Positions 26,986 through 35,395 of a stretch of 64,000 nt of DNA are shown one piece after another. Source of the DNA: a virus. The stretch spans positions 1 through 64,000 of the IMG/VR virus record IMGVR_UViG_3300032236_001180. One strand, written 5' to 3'. Below the pieces are notes generated by a model, which saw only the letters and a list, made by a program, of their open reading frames with translations, had not been told where the DNA came from and searched no databases. Every line of letters starts with the position of its first letter. The first letter of the stretch is position 1. The translations under genes were made by a program, and so were the position numbers.

Positions 26986-27935
26986 AAATTTGCATTATTG
27001 GTCCTGGATTTTCTCAAATTCCGCCAGTTGGTTGGGGTGCTGTTGAAATTGTAATTTGGGATACTGCAAATACGTTGAAAGAATTGGGGCATCAAGTAGA
27101 TATTATCAATACTACTGATCCCCAACAAATTCTTTCAACAATTAATAAAATTAATCCAGATTTTGTTCATATTCATTATGATGATTATATTTTCTTATAC
27201 CCATATATTCAATTTCCAAAAGCAATTACAACGCATTATGGATATCTAGAAAGACCAGAAATGTATGGTGCTTATTCATATAAAGCAAATGGATTTGCAA
27301 ATATCAAACCAAATGTTTTTGCTTTGTCTGATGGCATTAAAAATATCTATCAAAATCAAATGAGAATTCCGGAGCAGAACTTATATACTGTTCCAAATGG
27401 TGTGATTAATGAAAATTTTAGATTTACCGATACGCCAGAATTTTCAAATAGATCAATTTACTTAGCAAAGGTAGATTATAGAAAGAGACAATGTTTATTT
27501 CAATCAATACCTTCAATTTATTATGCTGGAAATATTGTGGATGAAAGATTTGATGTAAATAAAAATTATCTTGGAGAATGGTCAAAGGAAGATTTGTATA
27601 ATAATTTAACTGATTATGCGAATCTTATTTTACTCTCTGATGGCGAAGCACATCCGCTTGTTTGTATGGAAGCACTCTCTGCCGGATTGGGTCTTGTGAT
27701 TTCTGAATGGGCAACTGCTAATTTGAATTTAAATAAAGATTTCATTACTGTTATTCCTGAAAGTAAAATTATAGACTTGGAATATGTGTCTTCAAAAATT
27801 GAAGAAAATAGAATAATATCTTTACAAAAAAGAAATGAAATAGTAGAATATTCAAAAGAATTTGCTTGGAAAAAGCAAATTGAAAACTATTATATTCCTG
27901 CCGCAAAACAAGTCATACAAAAATCTAATGGATAA
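26982..27935 (+). CDS. GT4-like glycosyltransferase (paralogue of upstream gene)
   Basis: PPVGWGAVE, LLSDGEAHPLVCMEAL. Confidence 0.85.
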   Translation: MKICIIGPGFSQIPPVGWGAVEIVIWDTANTLKELGHQVDIINTTDPQQILSTINKINPDFVHIHYDDYIFLYPYIQFPKAITTHYGYLERPEMYGAYSYKANGFANIKPNVFALSDGIKNIYQNQMRIPEQNLYTVPNGVINENFRFTDTPEFSNRSIYLAKVDYRKRQCLFQSIPSIYYAGNIVDERFDVNKNYLGEWSKEDLYNNLTDYANLILLSDGEAHPLVCMEALSAGLGLVISEWATANLNLNKDFITVIPESKIIDLEYVSSKIEENRIISLQKRNEIVEYSKEFAWKKQIENYYIPAAKQVIQKSNG

Positions 27936-28725
27936 AAATAAATCTACTTACAAACTTCAAGGAATTGGTCCAATTTATTATATTAATCTTGATGGACAAC
28001 CAGAAAGAAATCAATATGTGGAAGATCAATTTAAGTATTGGGAAATTGAAAATTATACTCGTATTTCTGCTTATGATGGTCGTAATGATGATTTGAGTGA
28101 TATTATATCTGGGCGTTATCCGGATAATATGACTTCTGGTGAGATTGGGTGTGTTACCTCCCATCTTAAAGCAATCAAGCATTGGTACGAAACAACAGAC
28201 AGTCCATATGCAATTATTATGGAAGATGATGTTGATTTGCAACTTGTAAAGAATTGGGATTTTTCTTGGAAAGATTTTTATTCATTAATTCCTTATGATT
28301 GGGATGTAGTGCAACTTGCTATTATTTGTACCGGACCTTTACACATTAAACTTCATAAGAGATTTGTAAATGACTTTTCTACTGCTGCTTATATGATTAA
28401 TCGGCATCACGCAGAAAAACTTTTAAAATTTCATATTCGTGGTAATAAGTATAAACTTGATAATGGATGTAGACCAAGAGCAGTCGCAGATGACTTAGTT
28501 TATAATTCCGGAAATACTTATAGTATTCCTTTACTTCTTTATAAAATTCAACTTGGATCTTCTATTCATCCAGAACACGTTGATATTTTTCACAAATCAA
28601 GTCACGATGGTCTCTTAGAATTTTGGCAGCAGAAAGGAGCAGGATTGAATATTAGAGAACTAATGGATTATGACCCGTATCTTGGTAGAATCACTGAAAA
28701 TGTTCCAGAACAAAGTAACACTTGA
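27928..28725 (+). CDS. GT25-family glycosyltransferase
   Basis: YYINLD...ER, RISAYDG, GEIGC..SH, IMEDD. Confidence 0.88.
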   Translation: MDKNKSTYKLQGIGPIYYINLDGQPERNQYVEDQFKYWEIENYTRISAYDGRNDDLSDIISGRYPDNMTSGEIGCVTSHLKAIKHWYETTDSPYAIIMEDDVDLQLVKNWDFSWKDFYSLIPYDWDVVQLAIICTGPLHIKLHKRFVNDFSTAAYMINRHHAEKLLKFHIRGNKYKLDNGCRPRAVADDLVYNSGNTYSIPLLLYKIQLGSSIHPEHVDIFHKSSHDGLLEFWQQKGAGLNIRELMDYDPYLGRITENVPEQSNT

Positions 28726-28750
28726 CAAATCTTAATGATTGCTATATAAT
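28722..28750 (+). promoter_or_regulatory. sigma70 promoter for hli genes
   Basis: TTGACA-17 nt-TATAAT (perfect consensus). Confidence 0.85.
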
Positions 28751-28777
28751 ATTGTTGTAGAACTTTACAAAACTTAA

Positions 28778-28987
28778 ATGACTGTTACAACTAACGAACG
28801 TGGCCAACAAAACTTGTTTGCTAAGGAGACTAAAATGTATATTTCCCAAACAGATGCAGAACGTTATGCTCTTGAAACTCATGCTGAACGTGCTGAAAAA
28901 CTAAACGGACGATTTGCGATGTTAGGATTTGTCGCTGCGATTGTATCTTATGCAATCACTGGACACCTCTTCTTTGGTGTAATCTGA
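28778..28987 (+). CDS. hli: High-light-inducible protein
   Basis: AEKLNGRFAMLGF chlorophyll-binding motif. Confidence 0.93.
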   Translation: MTVTTNERGQQNLFAKETKMYISQTDAERYALETHAERAEKLNGRFAMLGFVAAIVSYAITGHLFFGVI

Positions 28988-29073
28988 TGAGTGAAGTAAT
29001 TTTTACTGTTACTAGTATTGCTTTCTTTGTGCTTCTGGCACATTCTATCAATCAACTTTCTGAAACTTACTAA
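28987..29073 (+). CDS. 28-aa hydrophobic peptide between the hli genes
   Basis: MSEVIFTVTSIAFFVLLAHSINQLSETY*; TGATG coupling. Confidence 0.5.
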   Translation: MSEVIFTVTSIAFFVLLAHSINQLSETY

Positions 29074-29084
29074 GGAGAAAAACA

Positions 29085-29192
29085 ATGAACGAACGCGCAG
29101 AACGAATTAATGGTTGGTTTGCTATGATTGGAATTGTTGCTGCTATTGGTGCTTATGCACTTACTGGGCAAATCATTCCAGGAGTGTGGTGA
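29085..29192 (+). CDS. hli: High-light-inducible protein (35 aa; not in the ORF track)
   Basis: MNERAERINGWFAMIG...TGQIIPGVW; AGGAG RBS. Confidence 0.92.
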   Translation: MNERAERINGWFAMIGIVAAIGAYALTGQIIPGVW

Positions 29193-29221
29193 AACACTAA
29201 CGTTAATAAGTAATCATACTT

Positions 29222-29253
29222 ATCCTCACTCTAAATACGGGTGAGGATTTTTT
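29222..29253 (+). terminator. Rho-independent terminator after hli genes
   Basis: ATCCTCAC...GTGAGGAT-TTTTT. Confidence 0.7.
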
Positions 29254-29341
29254 ATTTGTATGTTCTATCATATTCTCGAAACTTATTTTGTAATTTCTTT
29301 TGTCGTCTTAATACTAAGAGCAGCATTCCACCGATGACCCC

Positions 29342-29376
29342 TTGACAGGATTCTGGGTCCGTGCTATGATAAATAA
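29342..29376 (+). promoter_or_regulatory. psbA promoter (sigma70) with overlapping late-type ATAAATA
   Basis: TTGACA-17 nt-TATGAT. Confidence 0.8.
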
Positions 29377-29409
29377 ATGTTAAGAAATCAACACATTTCT
29401 TAATCTTCT

Positions 29410-29512
29410 GTAACCGAGATCACCAGAAGTAAAGCATCTCTCATATCCGTACTGGAGGGTGGTACGGAAATAACTGTATCATTCAGTTCCCCCTGAATTC
29501 TTATTTACCCTT
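29410..29512 (+). ncRNA. PhotoRC-II-like structured RNA in the psbA 5' UTR
   Basis: GAGAT/ATCTC and TCCGTACT-GGAGGGT-GGTACGGA stems directly upstream of a cyanophage psbA. Confidence 0.7.
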
Positions 29513-29522
29513 TAACGAAAAA

Positions 29523-30170
29523 ATGACTGCTACAATTGCTACACGCCGTTCAGGCGACAATCTCTGGGAACAGTTTTGTTCTTGGATTACTTCTACCGAC
29601 AACCGTCTTTATGTTGGTTGGTTCGGTGTTCTGATGATTCCTTGCCTGCTTGCGGCAACTACTTGTTTCATCATCGCATTCATCGGTGCTCCCCCTGTGG
29701 ACATTGATGGAATCCGTGAACCAGTTGCTGGTTCTCTAATGTGGGGAAATAACATCATCTCTGGTGCCGTTGTTCCTTCTTCTAATGCCATTGGACTTCA
29801 CTTCTATCCTATCTGGGAAGCAGCAAGTCTTGATGAATGGTTGTATAACGGTGGTCCTTACCAACTTGTTATATTCCACTTCCTCATTGGTGTCTTCTGC
29901 TATATGGGTCGTGAATGGGAACTCTCCTATCGTCTAGGTATGCGTCCTTGGATTATGGTTGCTTACTCTGCACCTGTTGCTGCTGCTACTGCCGTATTCC
30001 TTGTATATCCTTTTGGTCAAGGAAGTTTCAGTGATGGTATGCCTCTTGGTATTTCTGGAACTTTCAACTATATGCTTGTGTTCCAGGCAGAACATAACAT
30101 TCTGATGCACCCATTCCATATGCTTGGTGTTGCTGGTGTCTTTGGTGGAAGTCTTTTTTCCGCAATGCAT
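29523..30170 (+). CDS. psbA: Photosystem II D1, exon 1 (216 codons)
   Basis: NRLYVGWFG...[21 protein letters not shown]. Confidence 0.97.
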
Positions 30171-31063
30171 AGGGAACTGTGCCCTTGCTGAGTAATCAGT
30201 AAGTGAAAATCGGGTGAACTGCTGGAACCCTAAGTTACTAAAATGTTACTTGACTTATATAAATAACTCTGGTAACATAAACTTTATGACTAACCAGTAC
30301 TTATCTTTTATTGAGGAATGTAAATCAAAAACATATCCTCCCAATACTTATCTTGAAGAACACCATATTGTTCCAAAACACGATGGTGGTTCAGATAATT
30401 CAGAAAATCTCATTTCATTATCTTTTGACGACCACATACTCGCACATAAAATAAGATACGATGTATACGGTCAAGTTTATGACTTAGCAGCATATAACTT
30501 GATGTGTGGTTTTGATGGTGAAGGTTGGAGACTTCTTAGAGTTGAAGGTGCTTATAAAACACACGAAGCACTGAGATTATCCAAGAAAAACTTTTGGAGT
30601 TCTGATTATCAAAAAGAAATGTCTGCTCGTTCTGTAAAGTCTGAGTATGCTATGAAAATGAGAAGTGTTGGTGGTAAAATTGGTGGTAAGAATAGAAACA
30701 AAAATGTTGCTATTACTTCTACTGATAAGTATATTTTCTCTCACAATAAAGTAGAAACAATTTGTATTATAAATTGTGAAACTGGTGGAGAAGTTTTAGA
30801 AGAACTGCAAAAAATAGTTCCCAATCAAAACTTCAAAAGAGTTACACCTCTTCTAAAAGGTGAAAGAGAAAATGCTTATGGTTGGTCTTGTAAAAAAGTT
30901 TAGTAATACGGCAATCAGCATCCAAGTCCTAGATACATCTAGGAAAGGTTCAGAGACTACCTGAGGGGTTTAGTCCCCTTAATAACAGGTTTAAGTGCCC
31001 GACAACCTAATACAAATAGGTTGATGATATAGTCCACTCCTTATGAAAATAAGGTACAATAGG
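30171..31063 (+). mobile_element. Group I intron (893 nt) in psbA
   Basis: Exon ends in U with P1 GCAU/GUGC; AGGGAAC pairs with exon-2 GTTCCCT (P10); core elements TGCTGGAA, AATCAGCA, TCAGAGACTAC, GATATAGTCC; terminal G; splicing restores AMH-GSLVT and a 360-aa D1. Confidence 0.95.
30286..30903 (+). CDS. Intron-encoded HNH homing endonuclease
   Basis: EEHHIVPKHDGGSDNSENLISL...HILAH; own late promoter TATAAATA 30258-30265. Confidence 0.9.
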   Translation: MTNQYLSFIEECKSKTYPPNTYLEEHHIVPKHDGGSDNSENLISLSFDDHILAHKIRYDVYGQVYDLAAYNLMCGFDGEGWRLLRVEGAYKTHEALRLSKKNFWSSDYQKEMSARSVKSEYAMKMRSVGGKIGGKNRNKNVAITSTDKYIFSHNKVETICIINCETGGEVLEELQKIVPNQNFKRVTPLLKGERENAYGWSCKKV

Positions 31064-31498
31064 GGTTCCCTCGTAACCTCTTCACTGGTTCGTGAAACCA
31101 CTGAGAATGAATCGCAGAATTATGGTTACAAGTTTGGTCAAGAAGAAGAGACTTATAACATCGTTGCTGCTCACGGTTATTTCGGTCGTCTTATCTTCCA
31201 ATATGCGTCATTTAATAACTCCCGTTCGTTGCACTTCTTCCTTGCTGCTTGGCCGGTTGTAGGCATCTGGTTTGCTGCTCTTGGTGTAAGCACTATGGCA
31301 TTCAACTTGAACGGATTTAATTTCAATCAGTCCCTGCTTGATAGTCAGAACCGAGTAATTCCTACTTGGGCAGACATTTTGAACAAAGCTGGTCTCGGTT
31401 TTGAGGTCATGCATGAACGTAATGCTCACAATTTCCCTCTTGACCTTGCTAGTGCAGAAGCAACACCAGTTGCTCTTACTGCCCCAGCAATCGGTTGA
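31064..31498 (+). CDS. psbA: Photosystem II D1, exon 2
   Basis: [17 protein letters not shown]...[13 protein letters not shown]...TAPAIG. Confidence 0.97.
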   Translation, partial: GSLVTSSLVRETTENESQNYGYKFGQEEETYNIVAAHGYFGRLIFQYASFNNSRSLHFFLAAWPVVGIWFAALGVSTMAFNLNGFNFNQSLLDSQNRVIPTWADILNKAGLGFEVMHERNAHNFPLDLASAEATPVALTAPAIG

Positions 31499-31520
31499 TA
31501 TAAAACTGAAAAATAAATAG

Positions 31521-31547
31521 AGGAGTCCCATAAAGACTCCTTTTTTT
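31521..31547 (+). terminator. psbA terminator
   Basis: AGGAGTC-CCATAAA-GACTCCT-TTTTTT. Confidence 0.8.
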
Positions 31548-31617
31548 ATGAACTTCCTTCACATTCTTCTATTCTTTGAACTCTTCGCAGTATTCCTATT
31601 CATAATGTCTTTACTAT

Positions 31618-31655
31618 GAGACCCTCTTGCAGGGTCTCTTTTTTTGTGCTATGAT
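31618..31655 (+). promoter_or_regulatory. Terminator hairpin overlapping a sigma70 promoter
   Basis: GAGACCCT/AGGGTCTC stem; TTGCAG-17 nt-TATGAT with extended -10 TG. Confidence 0.7.
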
Positions 31656-31674
31656 ATGGGAAACACGCAGACTT

Positions 31675-32361
31675 ATGAAGGAACTACACAAAGGCAAAGT
31701 AAAAACCGTCTTTCAGGCAGAAAAACCAGATGAGGTTTTAATTCGTTTTGAAGATAAGGTCACCTGTGGAAACGGAAAAAAAGAAACTCTGATTCCTGGA
31801 AAAGGTGAAATCAACTGTGAGATTTCGGAGATTCTATTTAAGAAACTACACAGTGCAGGAATCCGAACGCATTATATTGATAGACCAGCACCAAATATAA
31901 TGCGTTGTAAGAAGGTAGAGATTATTCCCCTTGAAGTTGTCGTTAGAAATATCGCAACTGGTTCTATTGTAAGAGAAACAACCATCAAAGAAGGAACCAG
32001 ATTTCAGCACGAATTGGTTGAGTTCTATTTGAAAGATGATAGTAAGAATGACCCACTTCTTACACCAGATCGTATGAATATGATGGGTTATGATAATGTA
32101 CTATTTCACGGCAGAGCATTTCAAATCAATACGGTATTGAAAGAAGTATTCAATAGTATCGATATTGAATTAGTTGATTTTAAGTTGGAGTTTGGTTTGC
32201 ATAATCGCAGTATCATACTTGCAGACGAAATCAGTCCTGATGGATGTAGACTTTGGAAGAAAGGAAGTATGGAAAGTATGGATAAGGATTTGTATCGTAA
32301 GAATACTGGAAATATCCTAGAAGCATATCAAGAGATACTTACAAAACTCAAAGCACTATGA
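31675..32361 (+). CDS. purC: SAICAR synthetase
   Basis: GKVKTVF, IPLEVVVRN.A.GS, KDD..NDPL, LVDFKLEFG, LADEISPD.CRLW, DKD. Confidence 0.95.
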   Translation: MKELHKGKVKTVFQAEKPDEVLIRFEDKVTCGNGKKETLIPGKGEINCEISEILFKKLHSAGIRTHYIDRPAPNIMRCKKVEIIPLEVVVRNIATGSIVRETTIKEGTRFQHELVEFYLKDDSKNDPLLTPDRMNMMGYDNVLFHGRAFQINTVLKEVFNSIDIELVDFKLEFGLHNRSIILADEISPDGCRLWKKGSMESMDKDLYRKNTGNILEAYQEILTKLKAL

Positions 32362-32489
32362 TTTCGTCAGAGACTCCATACAAACTCGCAGAAATTATCC
32401 GAGATACGTGGTATAATCTTTATACACCAACCAAGTACAATCAAATTCATAAAAAACTTAAATTGAAAGAGAAACCAAAAAATGAATGA
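32358..32489 (+). CDS. Small hypothetical protein (43 aa)
   Basis: MISSETPYKLAEIIRDTW...; ATGA overlap. Confidence 0.5.
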   Translation: MISSETPYKLAEIIRDTWYNLYTPTKYNQIHKKLKLKEKPKNE

Positions 32490-32754
32490 ATATTGGTCCG
32501 TAATTGAAAGTAAAACAGGAAGAGTAATCTGCCACTGTTCGGATATTAATGATGCTTTTATGATGGTTGAGTTTTCTCCACAAACTAGAACTTACAGTAG
32601 AAATAGATTTATTATGGATCAGGTGATTGATGTGACTTCTACGACTGACAAACAACTTCCAGGTCAAATTGGATTACCTGCTGTGAAAGTGAATGTGTTA
32701 GAGAATCATAAGATTCGTCTTCCAGAAGGTCAACAAAAACCTTTTAAACCTTAA
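32482..32754 (+). CDS. Hypothetical phage protein
   Basis: 90-aa ORF in operon. Confidence 0.65.
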   Translation: MNEYWSVIESKTGRVICHCSDINDAFMMVEFSPQTRTYSRNRFIMDQVIDVTSTTDKQLPGQIGLPAVKVNVLENHKIRLPEGQQKPFKP

Positions 32755-32780
32755 ATAGATAAGGAGTAAAGAAAATCAAA

Positions 32781-33485
32781 ATGACTTACGACACAGTATT
32801 CATTTCCGATGTTCATTTGGGCACCGATAGATGTAATACGCAGAAGTTTCTAAAATTTCTAAAAGAACTTAATACCAAAAAACTTGTAATGGTTGGTGAT
32901 ATTCTAGACATTCATTGTATGGAAAAGTATCATACAAGATGGAAGAAAGAACATACAGAATGTATTCACGCAATTTTGAACTTGTGCAAAAAAGGCACAG
33001 AAGTAATTTATATTCTTGGTAATCACGAAGGAATGTTGAGAAGATATTGTAATTTTGAGCACAAGAATCTTCTGATTTGTGATGAATATATTCATAAAGA
33101 TTCTAAGGGAAATGAGTTTTTATGTGTTCACGGAGATAAGTATTCTGAATATTCTTCTGGTTCTTGGAAACAACTTATCTTCAATTGGGGATATGAGTTT
33201 GTCACACCTTTGAGTATTTGGTTAAATAGATTTTTTAGATTTTCTTTGGTTCATTACTTAAAAAATACTGTAAGAGGTAAAGAATATCTAAATCGTTATG
33301 AAACTGATATTACGGTTTTCTGTGCCCAAAGAAGTGAAAACTATGCTGGAATTATTTGTGGACATATTCATCACGCAAATATTCGTCAGTTTGGTAAAAT
33401 AACTTATATGTGCTGTGGAGACTGGTGTGATTCCTGTTCTGCGATTGTGGAGAAGAATGGAGTTTATTGTTTAGAAAAATATTGA
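32781..33485 (+). CDS. Calcineurin-like metallophosphoesterase (LpxH/LpxH2-like)
   Basis: SDVHLG, GDILD, GNHE, HGD, GHIH, GDW. Confidence 0.9.
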   Translation: MTYDTVFISDVHLGTDRCNTQKFLKFLKELNTKKLVMVGDILDIHCMEKYHTRWKKEHTECIHAILNLCKKGTEVIYILGNHEGMLRRYCNFEHKNLLICDEYIHKDSKGNEFLCVHGDKYSEYSSGSWKQLIFNWGYEFVTPLSIWLNRFFRFSLVHYLKNTVRGKEYLNRYETDITVFCAQRSENYAGIICGHIHHANIRQFGKITYMCCGDWCDSCSAIVEKNGVYCLEKY

Positions 33486-33486
33486 G

Positions 33487-33726
33487 ATGGATTTCATTAA
33501 TTATCTTCATTGTGTTTCTAATTGTAAATTTAAAACACTTAGAGCAGGTCAGCAATTTGTAATGGAGTTATTTCCAATCAGACCTGACCTTTATTATAAA
33601 GTCACTGGAAGTTCCTTGGATCCATTTTATGATGATAATAGACTGGCAGAATGTTTGATATTTCTAATGGATAATTGGGAACCAATTGATTATAGTTATT
33701 TCAATCAAACACCAACGACTTATTAG
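33487..33726 (+). CDS. Hypothetical phage protein
   Basis: LRAGQ...RPDL...DPFYDD. Confidence 0.6.
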   Translation: MDFINYLHCVSNCKFKTLRAGQQFVMELFPIRPDLYYKVTGSSLDPFYDDNRLAECLIFLMDNWEPIDYSYFNQTPTTY

Positions 33727-33732
33727 AGGAAA

Positions 33733-33906
33733 ATGTATACACCTGAGGGTTACTTATCAGATCCCCCAGATGCAAGATGTCCATATTGCGGGGAATCTCA
33801 AAAAATTTGTTCTTATATAGATAGTCTCAATAGATCCTGGGGAAGAGATGCCTGCAAAAAGAAACATCATAGAAAACATTACACACTTTATGAAACGAGA
33901 TTCTGA
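33733..33906 (+). CDS. Small Cys-rich hypothetical protein (57 aa)
   Basis: CPYC...C...C; GAGGA RBS. Confidence 0.5.
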   Translation: MYTPEGYLSDPPDARCPYCGESQKICSYIDSLNRSWGRDACKKKHHRKHYTLYETRF

Positions 33907-33980
33907 CATCACTTATAAGGATGAGTTTCATTACATATACATAACATTAAAAGAAACAGTTAAAATAGTAGCACAAAGAT

Positions 33981-34661
33981 ATGGCAGTTCATTACAATAA
34001 TAGAATAGTCACAGATGGATTGGTATTAGCACTAGATGCTGGAAATACCAAGAGTTATCCTGGAAGTGGATCTACTTGGACTGATTTGAGTGGTAATAGT
34101 AATAATTTAACTTTAACTAATTCTCCAACTTGGAATAGTTCCGGATATTTTTCTACTGGGGCAACTGGATATTTTACTGGTTCTGGAAGTGCATCAATAC
34201 CCACGGGAAATTCTACTTATACTATGATTTGTTGGGCAAGAGTGACTGGATCTTGGGCAATTGGTAGAGGTATTATGTCAATTGGTGGATATGGAACAAA
34301 TAATCAATCAAATGCACTAAGAACGGGAGATACTGGTTCAGTTGGAAATTTTAAAAATTATTGGTGGAATAATGATTTAGATTCTACCAATAATAATGCA
34401 GGATTATCAGTAGGAACTTGGTTTATGGTAACGGCACAATTTGATGGGACAACTAGAAGATTATGGGCAAATACTACTAATGTTGCCAGTGATACTCCAA
34501 CTTCACATAATGTTCTTACAACTACCGTTCAAGTTGGAATGACATATTCAGGAGAATATTTTCAAGGAGATATTTCTAATGCTTCAATATACAATAGAGC
34601 ACTCTCCGCAACAGAAATCTCACAAAACTTTAATGCCCTTCGTGGTCGTTATGGAATATAA
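33981..34661 (+). CDS. LamG/concanavalin A-like lectin-domain virion protein 1
   Basis: GLVLALDAGN..SYPGSG.TWTDLSG...IYNRALS..EI.QNFNA.RGRYGI. Confidence 0.85.
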   Translation: MAVHYNNRIVTDGLVLALDAGNTKSYPGSGSTWTDLSGNSNNLTLTNSPTWNSSGYFSTGATGYFTGSGSASIPTGNSTYTMICWARVTGSWAIGRGIMSIGGYGTNNQSNALRTGDTGSVGNFKNYWWNNDLDSTNNNAGLSVGTWFMVTAQFDGTTRRLWANTTNVASDTPTSHNVLTTTVQVGMTYSGEYFQGDISNASIYNRALSATEISQNFNALRGRYGI

Positions 34662-34792
34662 ATATCTAAAAAACAATAATGTTAGCACATAGTCCGTCCA
34701 TAGTCACACAAAATTTAATTTTTTGTGTAGATGCTGGAAATACCAAGAGTTATCCTGGAAGTGGATCTACTTGGACTGATTTGAGTGGTAAT
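34033..34792 (+). repeat. 65-bp identical direct repeat (34033-34097 and 34728-34792)
   Basis: TAGATGCTGGAAATACCAAGAG...GATTTGAGTGGTAAT in LamG genes 1 and 2. Confidence 0.9.
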
Positions 34793-35395
34793 GGTAATAC
34801 GGGAACACTCACAAATGGACCTACTTATAGTAGTGCAAATGGTGGGTCTTTTGTTTTTAATGGAAGTACTCAATATTCATCTTCCAGTGCTTTATCTGGA
34901 TCATTTGCTTTATTTACAGTTATTATTTGGTTTTATCCAACATCAATTGCCAATTACCAAAATCCTATTGATTGTAATTATGGTGCTTATTCATCAGGAA
35001 ATATTGGTCCAAGATTAGAAATCAATAGTTCTGGGAATTTGGCATGGAATTATTCTAATGATACAGCAGTTAATGGTAATTTTTATTCCCACAATGTTGT
35101 ATCCAGTGGATTGTCTGCAAATACTTGGTATTGTGCTGGTATAACTTATGATGGATCTACATCTACAACATATTTGAATGGCAGTTCTACTGGATTGAGT
35201 AGAACTGCTTATGGAACTCCTACTGGATTTGTTGGTGTTATGAATAATGTTACAATTGGAAAAGGTTTTAGTTTAGGTGGAGCAGAAAAAATTTTTGCAG
35301 GAAGAGTTGCAAATGTTCAAATATACAACAGAGCACTCACAGCAGCAGAAGTCGCACAAAACTTTAATGCACTCAGGGGGAGGTACGGAATCTAA
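34679..35395 (+). CDS. LamG/concanavalin A-like lectin-domain virion protein 2
   Basis: Same terminal motifs as gene 1. Confidence 0.85.
   Translation: MLAHSPSIVTQNLIFCVDAGNTKSYPGSGSTWTDLSGNGNTGTLTNGPTYSSANGGSFVFNGSTQYSSSSALSGSFALFTVIIWFYPTSIANYQNPIDCNYGAYSSGNIGPRLEINSSGNLAWNYSNDTAVNGNFYSHNVVSSGLSANTWYCAGITYDGSTSTTYLNGSSTGLSRTAYGTPTGFVGVMNNVTIGKGFSLGGAEKIFAGRVANVQIYNRALTAAEVAQNFNALRGRYGI

Noticed and set aside
28754-28771. NtcA site before hli
   Set aside because: Spacing is GTA-N6-TAC, not N8.
29252-29326. 24-aa minus-strand ORF MLLLVLRRQKK... between hli and psbA
   Set aside because: Too short, no clear RBS or promoter; could be chance.
30214-30285. Longer GTG start for the intron endonuclease
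   Set aside because: Overlaps the ribozyme P element and lies upstream of the late promoter; ATG 30286 fits better.
29523-31498. psbA as a broken pseudogene or two genes
   Set aside because: Intact group I intron signals; splicing restores a full 360-aa D1.
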